Shown here: positions 1 to 13,897 of the stretch, in pieces
How the letters are laid out: the number at the start of each line of letters is the position of its first letter
How positions within the stretch are numbered: position 1 is the stretch's first letter
NCBI RefSeq assembly: GCF_041146345.1
Contig: NW_027191414.1
Span: 682,001 to 746,000, forward strand
Origin: Neodothiora populina
Lineage: Eukaryota
Direction of reading: 5' to 3'
DNA length: 64,000 nt
The notes under the pieces: model-generated
Databases searched by the model: none
Told to the model about the DNA's origin: nothing
Seen by the model: the letters and a program-made list of their open reading frames with translations, nothing else
Position numbers and translations under genes: made by a program

Positions 1-581
<581 letters not shown>

Positions 582-1276
582 CTTGGTTATATTAGCACCT
601 TAGGGTGGCCTTCTTGACTTACGCCAAGGGGGAAGGGAAGAAGAATGTTCGCGTTTCGCGATTGGACATATTTTTTTTGATTCCTGGGGTCCAAGGGCTC
701 GATGGGGTCGAGTTTGTTTCGTTTGCACCGCTCTTCTTGAGGCATCTTTGTGGGGTAGATCGCTTATTGTACTGTGCTACAGCAGTGTTCACGGCAAGGT
801 ACCTTACTGCACCTCAACCACTCCTTGGATATCATAAGTATGGGAGTCGCTGGTACGGACTGCTCTGCTATTACGGGGATGCCGGTGCATTTTCAAAGTG
901 TTCCTGCAGACCTGAAGCGCAATCGTGTGGTCCGTCATGAACGTCGCAATGGAGACCCTGACGCACTGGAAGGCAGGCCATGATGATTCGCCTATCACCT
1001 CTCACGACCTGCTCTATTCGGACATCCGCGGCGAGAGCTGCGGGGTCAAAGTGATATGTGCTATACGCTATACATACGTGATATCTGTATACCTTAGCTA
1101 CAATTCGCGTGATGTGCAGAGGTCATGACATCACTTCTCAAGGGATAAGGAGATAGCTATGCCACTTTGACAAGGTATATATCAGCTCGGGGTCTAATAG
1201 AGATTCACTGCGACGTCGATCTCACTATCTACTCACCCTACACATCATATTCGTAGTAGTCGTAAAGTGCTTAGAG

Positions 1277-2320
1277 ATGCATCTACTCTGCGCTTTCCTT
1301 GCCACTGCTTTGACGTCTGTACATGCTCAATCCCTCGACACCCAGGTACCTCTACAGCCATTGACCTTAGCCGAAATACCGCACCTTGGGTTTGGCACCT
1401 GGAATCTCCAGGGGAAGAATGCAACCAAAGCTGTGTGTTTCGCGCTCCAGGCCGGATATAGACATATCGATGCTGCAGCCATATATCGAAACGAGCCCTA
1501 CGTAGGTAAAGGTATCGCGGATGGGCTCTCGAAAGCTGGTCTGAAGCGTAGCGACATCTGGGTGACATCTAAATTGTGGAATGACCAGTAAGAAACAGCG
1601 ACAGGTCGATGTGATTGTTGCATTATTTTCTGATTGCTTCGATCCAGCCACGCTCCAGACAAAGTCGAGGCAGGAATCGACAAGACACTGACAGATCTCG
1701 GCCTCGAATATCTGGATCTGTACCATATGCATTGGCCTGTGGCAGCTAACGAGCACGGTTACGACATCAGCTTTCTCCAGACTTGGGAAGCTATGGTACA
1801 ACTCCTCCAATCTGGCAAGACACGTAACATAGGAATTGCCAACTTCTCGCCAGCGCAACTGGAGCTGTTGCTGAACAGCACGACTCACCCGCCTTCGGCA
1901 CATCAGATGGAATTGCATCCATATCTCCAACAGAAAGCCTGGATTGAGTTCCATGAGGTTCATGGCATTCATGTCACAGCATATAGTCCTCTGGCTGGAT
2001 CCAATCCGATCTACAACGGTGAGCCGGCCGGTGGCCCGCCGCAGCTGCTGAGAAACGAAGACTTCATCAAGATCGGTAATAAACACGACTGTACGCCAGC
2101 GCAGGTTGCGCTGGCATGGGGCCTTAGCAGAGGGACTAGTGTCATACCAAAATCGGCGCATCCTGACCGTATCTCTGAGAACTTCGACAGCCCGTCATGC
2201 GAGCTTGACGAAGAGGATTACGAGGTCATCGCTGACATTGGAATGAAGCTGACTCACCGCTACAACAACCCCAGTCGCAACTGGGGCCTGAAGTTGTACG
2301 AAGGACTTGAAGACTCGTAG
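1277..2320 (+). CDS. Aldo-keto reductase with N-terminal signal-peptide-like leader
   Basis: AKR motifs IPHLGFGTW, GYRHIDAAAIY, DIWVTSKLWN, LDLYHMHWP, HQMELHPY and VIPKS. One GT-AG intron at 1588-1647. Confidence 0.92.
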
Positions 2321-3142
2321 AGAGGCCCTTGCCATTGTCAATGAGCAATGACTTCACCTACGGTTTGTGGGACCCGATGCTGGCTGCACAATCCAGAACA
2401 GGGGCTGGCTCCGCTTTTGTACCGTACATAGCATCTGCGGGTCCATCATATTTACAGTATGTCGAATGCACTATATATATTACTTCCCTTGCAGCTGCTG
2501 GTGTGACGGTATTTCCGGAATCTTCTGCCCCATACGTCGCAGGAGACACGATGCGGTGGCGCCACCCTCATTTAATAGACCAGGCTCTCGGAAATTGCAT
2601 CATGATGCTGCTATTGGAGAGCTGACGACACTGCTCGTGTTGTGAATCTGAGCATGCAAACCCACCGCGCTGCATTCCAGCGGAGAGCCTGATGAATTGT
2701 AGTAATGACCTAGCTTTCGTATGTATCAGGAGGTGATGTTCTGGTAAGGACTGTAGGTTTGAGTTCTTCAATTCCATGTCACAAGTGGAGTCCGGCCACG
2801 AGAAGGCTTGGTTCGCAAGGTCATATAGATAAGATTTGACGGAAGGAGAGTAGATAAACAATGCATCATAAAAAGGGCAAGCCTGACCCTTTGATTGTAA
2901 GTGGGCTGCCCGCTTACATGTAAGTCCTGTCGTTGAACGTGACATCGAAAAATAGCAGCTCGTGCGCCGGAGTCCTCCTCAAACGTTATTTTGTTCCCCT
3001 CAAGTACACGCTGGATCGCACCACAACTTGATGCGTGTATCCTGCTCTTTTGTAGCTTCTGAATAGAACAGGAAACAAATGCCCATATATCCACGAAAGA
3101 AGAAACATACAAAATCTATAATCAAGTATAGTCGCTTCGAGT

Positions 3143-4483
3143 TCAGGCGGATCTCTTCCTTTTCTTGGTGTCTCGCCCTTCACCTTCACCTTCGTCGTCT
3201 TCTTCCTCGACCATGTCCTCTTCATCTTCACTGTAATCTCCGTCATTTTGTGTTCTCCGTGTGCTCTTCTTGGTCGCCTCACGACCCTTCTTCACAGCCA
3301 CGTTGAGACCTTGTTTGCGAAGTGTTTTCAACAGACTGCTACTCGCGCGCATTCCAGGGAACTCTTTGGCGCTGAACACCTCGAAGGGATCCGAGTAGAT
3401 TTGTGTCTGAATCTTGGTTGTACCACCAACCTCTAAATGAAGTGGGTCGACTACAATCAACCTGAACAGGAATCGATATTTGCCTGGACTCCTGCACGAT
3501 AGATCTGGGAAGACGAAAAACGTGCCTTTGCGGCCGCTTTCATCCTTCCCAGGAAATGGAGAAGCAACACACGTTCCCATCAGGCGTTGTGTCATGGCCA
3601 TGTCCGTTCGACTTTGCTCGATCTGAGACGCATCTGCCAGCGTATCCGCATGCACTATGGTGCAGTGCAAGGTCGTATAGACGTGCGGAGCTTCGTCTTC
3701 ATTGTCTCCGGTTTCTCTATCGACAAGAGAGACGTCCACAATTGGTGGAGGATCAACGACTCGGCGATCCCTTTCACCGAAACCGCAGGCGCGAGCAGCT
3801 ATTGGCTGTTGACGCATACTAAGAGTGTATCTCACCTGAGGCACAGGACTGATTTGTGAAGTCACGGCTTCAAACTTGCCAGACACAACTGAACGAGGTG
3901 CGCGTGGAGAGCACGCCGACCCAATAGATGCCGAAGAAGGGCTACCCGAAGTGTAATTCGGACTCTGAGTAGCGCCACTTATGGATGCGGTCCTCACAAA
4001 ATTACTTGCATCGCTGTGGAGCTGGTACTGTTCAGACGTTCTCCTAGTGACCAAAGGAAATGAAGGTCCTGATGGAACAGGAAATGCGGATCTCTCAGTA
4101 GCGGCAGCAGCGCTACTCGGGGCGACCTCAGGTGAGTAGTGCGGTGCTGAGGGGAGCGCCCTCTGATGAGGAGCCGAGGGAGGATCCGAGAGGAGTGTTG
4201 ATATGGGGACAGCCTGACGAGCATTACTTCGTGGCGTTGACGAAGATAGCTTTAACGGAGGCAAGATGGGAAACGATTGTGGCATCCCTTGTCTCCCTGG
4301 TCCAGTGTCCATAGGCCCGTAAGTAGGATGATGTACGACACCACTACTGCCATGATAGCGTTGTGGATGGCCTAGAAATGAAGGAGCTGGGAAAACTGGG
4401 GGCAATTGAGTATCCGTCATACTTCGTGATGAAGTACTGAAATCGCGAGGATGCACTGGCGAAGGAGGATTCGAATGGGACAT
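3143..4483 (-). CDS. velC: Velvet-domain transcription factor, VelC-like
   Basis: 446-aa ORF with a Pro/Ser-rich N-terminus and a C-terminal velvet domain (RQQPIAARACGFGERDRRVVDPPPIV; FFVFPDLSCRSPGKYR; SDPFEVFSAKEFPGM). Acidic tail and basic KKRKR end. Confidence 0.85.
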   Translation of the reverse strand: MSHSNPPSPVHPRDFSTSSRSMTDTQLPPVFPAPSFLGHPQRYHGSSGVVHHPTYGPMDTGPGRQGMPQSFPILPPLKLSSSTPRSNARQAVPISTLLSDPPSAPHQRALPSAPHYSPEVAPSSAAAATERSAFPVPSGPSFPLVTRRTSEQYQLHSDASNFVRTASISGATQSPNYTSGSPSSASIGSACSPRAPRSVVSGKFEAVTSQISPVPQVRYTLSMRQQPIAARACGFGERDRRVVDPPPIVDVSLVDRETGDNEDEAPHVYTTLHCTIVHADTLADASQIEQSRTDMAMTQRLMGTCVASPFPGKDESGRKGTFFVFPDLSCRSPGKYRFLFRLIVVDPLHLEVGGTTKIQTQIYSDPFEVFSAKEFPGMRASSSLLKTLRKQGLNVAVKKGREATKKSTRRTQNDGDYSEDEEDMVEEEDDEGEGEGRDTKKRKRSA

Positions 4484-6562
4484 GCGTATGATTTAGGTTA
4501 TTGGGTCAGAAACGACAGCCGCATTTGCAAAGTTGCGGTGCGGCCAGATGTTGACACGCTCACAGCATTCGTTATGAAAACGAGGAGGAAATGCGTAGTT
4601 AGAGGCTACGAAGTTTGATCGTAGTCTTCGAATATGTCGTGCAATGGTCGATTGGTATTGGTGCGACGGAGCAGATTTGTAGTCTGCTGCATGCTCTAAG
4701 AACAAAGTACCAATTACACCGGAGACGTCGCGTGGGTTCCAAGATCCTGGACACAACGTAGCGGGGCGGCTTGCAAGATAAAGGTAGCTTGCAAGGTGTG
4801 GCTTGTCAGACAAGGATGTTGTTTGTCCCTTACAGACCACAGTAAGAATGATATGCGGGAGGGCACAGGTGCAGGTTCACCGGGCAGGGAAATCTCCTCA
4901 CATGTGAAGCGTGTAGTAATGGAGAGAGATCAATGAGGAATGATGCCAGGTTTTGACCATATCTTTATGTCTAACGATGGGGGGCACAGCTAGCACAAAT
5001 AGAGTGCCCCATCTGCACGTACACGCTTTGGTTTAGGCGGGTGCATTGACGTGTTGCAAGGGTCGAAGTTAGGCACAGTAGTTGCAGGCGCGAGGCGCTT
5101 GAGCATACTTGTATCGACAGATGAAGGAAGCCAAGCGAGCTGACCTTATGGGCACTGTGCAGATAAATCGTAGCGCCGGTGTACACCTGTACGGCGCCGT
5201 TCCAGATCTTCGTGTGCAGAGCAAAAGCTGTCCCTTTTCAGTGTTCGGCAGGAATTTTCCGTCTGGCAATCGGACAGTCGCGGCTCGTGGGAAAAGTCAC
5301 AGGAAATAAGAGACTCTTCGCACGGCGATATTGCCGCAGCGAATGGATGATATTGGTGGAATCACCTAACTCCAAGTCTGCTCAAGCATCTTACTTTGGT
5401 CACCAATGTCCTCCAGGAAGCTAGCAAGAGTCACGCCAATACTCGGTGGCACAGAAGTGCGGGACCCAAGCACGCGTCACATCCTAGCAGCATCAGCTAC
5501 CAGGTTACAAAGCATCTGAGCGTCTTCGTGCTCTTTTAGTGGCGTCGACGTGGGGTCCACTAAGGCCTTGTGTTGCACTAGTTCCCACCGTACTGGATGC
5601 AATACAGCATCAATATGTATCGCGGTAGCTGCGAGGCCAGCGGAAGCGGACTCTTACTCGACATCCACTGGGCCGAGGTTAGCTTCCGAGTCCACGGTGG
5701 CCCACAAGCTCATTTCGACTCTCTTTGCAGAGTCCGAAATTAGCTGTATAGCGAATGATTGTCCATCCCTGTCCGACTCAATATAAGCCAGGTCAGCGCA
5801 GCGCTATCTCCGGCTTGGTGTCAGGGTGTGTAAGCTCTTTGTCTTGAATCCGGGTTGGAGGAGCTTAGAGCACCTGTCATGCGACAATTGTGTGCATGAG
5901 CCAACACTAAATGCGTGTTTAGAAAATCTAGAGAAAACAGGCACCACAAGTTTTGAACGCACCAATTGGAGTACATGGACTTTCTTATTCGCTTACGTTG
6001 GTAACTGCGATTCGTTCGCAGCAATTGAGACCTTGCATTATCACAGGCTTTATGCAGCCACCACACGTGTCAGTAAGTACCATGGAAAAAAAGGATGTAT
6101 CATTTTTTGACTTTCGGACCGTTAGGATCTCGAGGTACGCTAACCACGAACCGAGCCGACGGGCGGGATAAACGGTCTCACGGCCCACTGTACAAGTAAA
6201 GTAGGTAGCAAGGGTAAAGATGCCTTGCCTCACTGTACGGCGAATGCATCGAATGGGTCAGTGTTTGTGCATTGATGAGGACTTTAATTCAACATTGCGA
6301 CCCATATAACAGAGGCCCAGCTCATGGATCTTCCGCAGGACTTTTCTTAAGCTTCGCAAGTTGGCGGCCCGTCCAGAGTTTTAGGTATCCGAGCCTCGTC
6401 AACTTTCTTGAACATGTTGCGACGTTGGGATTGTCGGCTTGATAAACTTAAACAGATCATGAATGCGCAAGCTTCGAATGTTTATCCATTGACTGAATTC
6501 AGGGCATGCTGCGTCTCGTATTCCGCCCATATAGGGACCATGCGTAAAACGATTTACAACGT

Positions 6563-7488
6563 TTATGTGAGACGAAATTGTTTTGCAACCTCGATGCCTT
6601 CGGCAAATGTACCAACCCTCGCGTCAATAGCATAACCCTCATTCTCCAATCGACGACATTCTTCGTAGAGATTGGCCAGTGGAACAGAGAAACATTCAAT
6701 GAACTCGCTCTCCTCCAGCTCGGGCTTTGGCGACTGATTCTCGGGCTTGGACATGTCCACGCTGACATGGATCATGAAAGTATTGGTGTTGCAAAACCCA
6801 GGATCTAATGGATAAATCAGCCTGCAAGCTGGTTTGAGTCGCTTTTTGGATTTACCGTTGAACATGAGCGGTGTTACGCCTAAATGTCCTTTGATCACTT
6901 CGCCGATAAAGCCCGTCTCCTCCTTGAGCTCTCTGATTGCGGTCTGCTCCGGTGTCTCTCCTTGATCAATGAGGCCGGCTGGGACTTCGATGGACACCCG
7001 ATCTATCGGTGCCTGCGTACGAGTTGCGTCAGAAATTGTCTTTGGTTGGACGACGTGAGTCAAGAGTAGAACTCACTCGATACTGTTTCTGCAGGAGAAT
7101 TTCCGGTCCAGAGGCCTTCTGTAGAATGGCGACTATGCCAACTCCATCAACAAGGCTGTCTTTTGGTCTGGTCTTCCTCTCGGCGCTTTCCCATTGCCTA
7201 GTCTACAGATGTTCAGCACTCTGAGAAGCTCATTTGATATTACAAGCCGTTGCAGACCTTTCCATCTGCCGATTTGTATGTGTTTCTTCGCAATAGATTA
7301 GTTTTGCCATTCAGGTTTGCCACACGACAGCCGTAAAGGCTTACTTCATTAGTCGGATCCATCGAGCATCTTCACTCGCCTATCATGCGGTCAGGTGGTA
7401 CGTTCTCTCTTCCTGGGCATCACGTTCAGCCACGGCTTACTAGAGGCTCCTGCTTCTGCACCTTGCATTTCTGTAAAGAGGACGCCAT
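6563..7488 (-). CDS. YSA1: Nudix ADP-ribose pyrophosphatase (Ysa1/NUDT5 family)
   Basis: Spliced product MASSLQKCKVQKQEPL/ASEDARWIRLMK...RQWESAERKTRP...QKQYR/APIDRVSIEVPAGLIDQGETPEQTAIRELKEETG (Nudix box). Five GT-AG introns. Confidence 0.88.
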
Positions 7489-8758
7489 GTTCAGAAAATG
7501 TTACAAAGCGGAGAGATGGGCCAGATACGGTCGTCGTTTGCGTTCCTCGATAGCTTCGTAGCTTCAGCGTTAGTGATATGCAAGGAACGTGGCTTAAGGT
7601 TGAATCAAAGATCAGGATCAGGTCGTATGCTAGCACATGCATGCATTTCATCTAAATGCGCCCGCTCTAGTGTTATACAGTAGGGGTAGGTACAATATCG
7701 ACTGACGTCACCGCATACCCTTGACAGCACGCACAACAACATGACGGCGAAGTGAGGAAGGGTCGTCGGAAACCAATACCCCGGATAGTTATCTAGCCAT
7801 TCGCAGTTTAGAGAGCTTTGACTCCGACCTCGAGCTACGTTCGCAATTTCGGCTTCTGCAAATGAGCGGTGCAAAGTATGGTCAGAGGCACCGTAAAGGA
7901 TGCACGAATCCATCAAGGGAGGAACAGCCACGCCCAAACGAGTGATATGCAGAAAGCCGACTTCGTATACGGCGTACCTTTGGCACATTGGTCACACATT
8001 CCAGATCAGACTACAGGACCACAAGACGAGTGACAACTCGCTTAAAAACTGGCAAATCATGGTGTATTATTGGATCTTCGAACAACATTTGGTCGTGATC
8101 AGGGATCCACAGGGCGATCGACGCAGATGCACAATGCATTAGGAGGTGCTGAACTTGCACTATACGCTTACAGTAGTCTGAATCTGCATGGTCTAGATAA
8201 TCCGGAAAGATATGCATGCATGCATGTATGTACAGTATGTGCTGCGGAACATTACCTTGTGGTGCGCTTGGGACTATTCGGTCGGTCAGACTCAACGGGT
8301 CGCAAATCAGGCCAAGAGCATGAAATCTGTTGATAATCCTAGATGCCGTTGATCAGCCAGCACGCAGGAAACGCGCCAACGCCCCAAAAACAAGGGGGTG
8401 GTACAAAGGGGTGCGTTATTCTTGATTGACCCGTGAGCCGGAGTCTAGCCGTGCTCGGGGTCCAGCAAGAATTACGAGCTCCTTTGTACTGTGCAGTACC
8501 TTATGTGGGGGAGTATAATATCTCATGATAGAGGAATCAACATCACGCGGCATGGAGCAATTAGTAAAATCGAAATCGGACCCTTGATCCCCATACATTT
8601 TATCGTCGTACGATTGGCTTCATAGATCGAGCGACCTGATAATCGCCCGTCTGTTCACATGGTAAACATGTCCGACTGATCGTTTTTCTTTTTCTTTTCT
8701 ACGTATTTTCTTTTCACGATAACGATTGCATACGATCTACAGGCAAGGTATCATAATC

Positions 8759-10310
8759 ATGCCGCTAATACTGGATTCCGTGGTTGAGAAAGCCACACCT
8801 GCTACACACCTCGAAGAGCGGCGGCGAGTTCACCATGAGGCAGATGTTGTCGTTGTCGGAGCCGGTGTTTTTGGCTGCGCAATCGCAGTGGCGCTGTCCA
8901 ATCAAGGTCGCAGTGTTATTTTGCTAGAAAAGTCGCTTAAGGAACCGGATCGTATCGTCGGCGAATTGCTACAGCCGGGAGGCGTTGCTGCACTGGAAAA
9001 GCTAGGCATGCAGGACTGCCTCGAAGGCATTGACGCCGTCAAGGTCTATGGTTACGATGTAATCTATCACGGACAGGAGGTCCCGATTCCATACCCCGCA
9101 GATGCGACTGCGACCGTGGTGGACGAAAGTGCAGCGGGAGGAAAGAGCAGCAGGAGCCAAAAGAAACCAGAAGGACGCGCCTTCCATCATGGACGTTTCA
9201 TACAAAAGTTGAGAGAAAAGGCTATGGGGTGTCCAAACGTCACCGTCGTAGAGACCACCGCCACGGACCTTGTGAGGAGTGAACATACGGGACAGGTCCT
9301 TGGTGTACAATGCACGACAGCCGGAGCCAAGGACTACTACTTCGGACATCTGACTATCGTGGCCGATGGCTATGCTAGTAAGTTCCGTAAGGAAGTTCGG
9401 AGTGACACGTCTGTGGTACGGTCGAAGTTCTGGGCTCTGGAATTGATCGATGCGGATCTGCCTATGCCCAACCATGGACACGTCCTACTTAACGACGGCT
9501 TCCCGGTCCTGCTTTATCAAATTGGCACTCACGAGACGAGAGCACTCTGTGATATTCCAGAAAATCTCGCCGCTGCATCCCACCACAATGGCGGCACCAA
9601 AGGTTACTTAAAGAATGTTGTGTTGCCGTCATTACCAAGCAGAGTGCAACCATCGTTCAAGGCTGCCTTGGAGAAGGATCGCTTACGCTCGATGCCAAAT
9701 TCATTCCTCCCTCCGACCAAGAACAAGATCCCAGGATTGATCGTCTTGGGCGATGCGATGAACATGCGTCATCCCTTGACTGGTGGTGGTATGACTGTGG
9801 CTTTCAATGACGCTGTGCTGCTATCGCAGGCTCTTAGTCCAAAGAATGTGCCACACCTGGACGACACACCTATGATCTTGAAGCAGATGAGTGCTTTCCA
9901 TTGGCAAAGGAAGAGCTTCTCGAGTACAATCAACATTTTGGCCATGGCTTTGTATGCATTGTTCGCGGCGAACGGTAAGTCCATATATCATATCTTTTTG
10001 TTTCATGGCTTCAATACAGTCTAACACCATATCAGATCCTCAGCTCAAGGCTTTACAGGCTGGGTGCTTTCGATACTTTCAGCTCGGTGGTCAGTGCATC
10101 GATGGCCCAATCGGTCTTCTAGCCGGAATAATACGACAGCCGATGGTGTTGATCTATCATTTCTTTGCTGTCGCCCTTTACTCCATTTGGATCTACATCA
10201 CATCCGGCAGTGTCCTTGCGATACCATTCAGGGCAATCGCTAGCGTTGGCGTTTTCTGGAAGGCTTGCGTCGTAATCTTCCCATTTATCTTCTCAGAATT
10301 GCGAGGCTAG
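8759..10310 (+). CDS. ERG1: Squalene epoxidase (squalene monooxygenase)
   Basis: FAD motif VVVGAGVFG, plus EPDRIVGELLQPGG, FHHGRFI and GDAMNMRHPLTGGGMTVA. C-terminal transmembrane segments. Intron at 9975-10035. Confidence 0.96.
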
Positions 10311-11176
10311 GTCAGCATGATATTGACAGCGAAATCATTTGAGCGTGGCGTTGGATTGGGTGGAATCTGCATTGCCTTACTGACTATGAGCACCACGTCC
10401 CTGAGTCAAAGTCTTCGCGCGGTCAGACCGGGTTTTCACTTGAGATCGTCGACCTCCAATCCCTTAGGTCGTCTCTGGGATCACCATCATGTACTTTTAT
10501 TGCCTTCGTTTCGATGTCCTGTATGTGTACACGTATATAGTCGTTCCCGTGGGAAAATAATTACCGCAAGTCTCGCGGATGTAATAAAACATAATATGAA
10601 CTTCCTGTCCTGGCAATGGCGCCTGGTGTGCTGTACATCTGTCGTCCACTCGAATGTTTTCCCATGCCGCAGTCCGCATGATACCACGAGGATGGAGATG
10701 GTTAACCACAAAGCTGCAACCATCGCCGAGATCACCGCATGAGGTCAATTCAGGCTCTTCGAGTTACTGTGTGCGCCTGTTTAGATGTCGCTTGAATGGG
10801 TCCATTTTATTGAGGCTATCAGCACAGGCTACCGTTGCTTGTGATGAATCGAAGAGATACCAGGATTCGCGTTTTAACAACCCCATGCTTAGTGAGCAAC
10901 TAATAAGTGCAGGCAAGGGACAAAGTTCTCCCCGCATGGGCACTCAACTCTAACGCACGGATAAGGCATGAAGTACTTGAAACGCTTGCACTTGTGCTCT
11001 GCCGACTTTGCGTAATAAACGTCAAGAATCTTGAACCCTGTATTGGCAATAACGCTGCACGCTGCCTGTACCTGCTGACATACTGTAGCGCTAAATACAC
11101 AAAGTTGTTGCGATTAGTCAACTTTCTTCATCACGAATCCTATTCCATCCAGGCCGCGAACGGATAGAGAATAGTC

Positions 11177-12463
11177 ATGGAGCCAGAAACTTCATCTTCT
11201 TCTTTACACAGCAACAAGTCAGGCTGGGATGGTAAACTACGAGTCGACAAGGAGAAAAAGGCTGTTCTTGTGAACCCGGAGGTCTTCTCAGACCCCGAAT
11301 ACTCCGACGAAGATGCACCACCGGTAGATGAGATTGAAGCCGACGAAGGTGAGACGCCCGCGCGTGATGTTTGATATAGCGAGTATCTCGCTGACCAGTA
11401 CCGCGCAGATCTCCTCGATCAAGAAGATCCCGATGTAGAAGTATGCTCGCTCCCGAAACAACAAGCACCTCCTCAGCACTAACCTTAGTGCAGGAAATAG
11501 ACGTGCAACATAGCAGAGTCTCCTCCATACCGGCTCTAAGACTAGAACGCTTCAAGAAATTAGAGAGACTTTGCTTGCGACAGAATGCCATACACTCGAT
11601 GGAGCTTCCGGAAGAGATCGCGCCAACTCTGCAAGAGCTCGAGCTTTACGACAATCTAATATCACATATCAAGGGCTTGGAATCCTTTACAGAACTTCGT
11701 AGCCTCGACCTAAGTTACAACAAAATCAAGCACATCAAACGGGTGAACCACCTCACGAAATTACATCACATCTATTTCGTTCAGAATAAGATATCTAAGA
11801 TCGAAGGTTTAGAGGATCTGGTCAACCTTAAATATCTCGAGCTGGGCGCAAACAGGATTCGGGTGCGTTGCAGTCTGTTATTCGCACGTTGTTCCCAAGG
11901 GCTTATGTTTCGCAATAGGAAATCACTGGGCTCGATAAACTCAAGAATCTGGAATCGCTTTGGCTTGGACAAAACAAGATCACCGCGCTCGCTGGTTTAT
12001 CAAGTCTGACCAATCTGAAAACATTGTCCATACAGGCCAACCGTATCACCTCCTTAGCAGGCCTGGAGGATTTGCCTCAACTCGAAGAACTTTACATCTC
12101 CGACAACATGCTCTCGTCTTTGGAACCTCTCTCTAGTACTCCTAATCTTACAATCCTGGATGTTCAGAACAACCCTCTTAAATCTTTGAAGGGCGTCGGC
12201 GGCTTGAAGCAGCTCGAAAATCTATGGGCCAGCAATTGTCAATTGGATAGCTTTGACGACATCGAAGCCGAGCTCAAAGACAAGGACCAACTATCCGAAG
12301 TATACTTTGAAGGTAACCCCTTTCAGAAGGCGAACCCTGTCTTGTACAGAAACAAGGTCCGATTGGCATTACCTCAAGTGTCGAAGATCGATGCCTGTAA
12401 GTCTACCGCTCCCTAGGCTGCTTGGTAATTACGCTGACCAGAGTAGCGTATGTCCGTGTATGA
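11177..12463 (+). CDS. SDS22: Protein phosphatase 1 regulatory subunit Sds22 (leucine-rich repeats)
   Basis: SGWDGKLR N-terminus, LRR units (LCLRQN, LELYDNLI, LDLSYNKI, LELGANRI) and LRRcap YFEGNPF...YRNKVRLALPQV. Four introns; last exon 12447-12463. Confidence 0.93.
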
Positions 12464-13897
12464 GGGTATTGGTTCACAACATGCTCGCCCCGTTCACCGA
12501 TGTAATCGATGTAAGATGAGCGAGCAATTGCATCAATAAGGAACCTTGCATTGCTCATGATGTGGCATTAGGTACGATGGTGACGATGCACGTGCAGTCT
12601 CATTTGGTAGTGATCGGGCTGTTTTGGCAGGAACTCACGCAGAGTCCCACGATATGCAATCGACGGAGGCATTGCGGCTGCGCTTCTCGGTTGTACTCAT
12701 GCGCAGCTTACCGTGTTTCAACGACAATTGAAGGTGCATTGCAGACCATGAGGGTGCGCAGAGTCTCGCGCGTTCGCCCCGAACCCGATGCCAGAACTTT
12801 GTCCACATGTTCATCCGACGATGTTCCCGGTAGGCATCGAGGCTGTCGCGGCACGCGATATTGCACATCCCTGTCAAAATAGAGATATCATGATTCTTGG
12901 CGTGCTCACCTGACCGAACGGGAATGCCGGTATACAGAGAACCATGCCAGGAACGAGTGTTCCTATTATATCAGACGATAACTTCGCCCATTGTGGGAGC
13001 TCAGGGGATATATCGCGATCTGAACATCATGTGTTAGTGTATCTGAATGGAACCCACAGTGATGTCTACGTTATGAATTTGGCTTGACCAGCGCTAGTGA
13101 GCTTAACTACGTCATTATCCACTCGGAACATTGCACGAACTAAGATTTTTTCCATATCGTGATGCTTATTGGAAGACATTATTCAGACAGCCGGATGTAA
13201 GGTAGCGGATCGTGAAGTACAGGAACTCAGTAGTCCGAATATCCGCACGAATGTGATGTAGCGTGTCCAAGATCGTGAGGCGTTACTCCACACCTTTCAC
13301 CGAAGCACAGCAAATGGTAAGGTACAGTCACTTTCCTCGAGTGTCTCTGGTGTCGTTGCCAATGTTAAGCTTTCAATTAGAGTTCTTATAAACCGTTGGT
13401 ACTTCCTTCGACCTCACACCACGCCACATAACTCAGGGACATCTACATGTCGACATGTCTGAATGTGCGCCCCGGAACACCACGATAGGAGCATAGGTAT
13501 ACCAGCGGAAAGAGCGGGGCTTCGCGGAGCCGTCCCACAATCTTTGTTTCGCCCACCTTCGGTGGCATCTCGTTGACATCTACAAACTTGTGTACGGACG
13601 TCTCACGGACGTTCGGATTCACCAGTCTGTCTGGGGCAACGTCTGCTGCGATGACTTGGTCTGATGTCATCTTCACCTTTTAGTGGTCTTGGGACTTAGG
13701 AAGCTCGCGGTAAGTCTTCGCCTACATCGTGGCACATGAGTGATTACACAGCAGTAGTTACAGGGCATCGTGTAGGTATAAGGTGAGCTTGCTTTTCTGT
13801 TCGTTGGTGGTTTGGTATATTGCTATCTTCTTCTCCCCTTCATATGGCTGGCCGAAGAACCAATCCTACCATTAAAGTTGCACTATAAACACATAAA

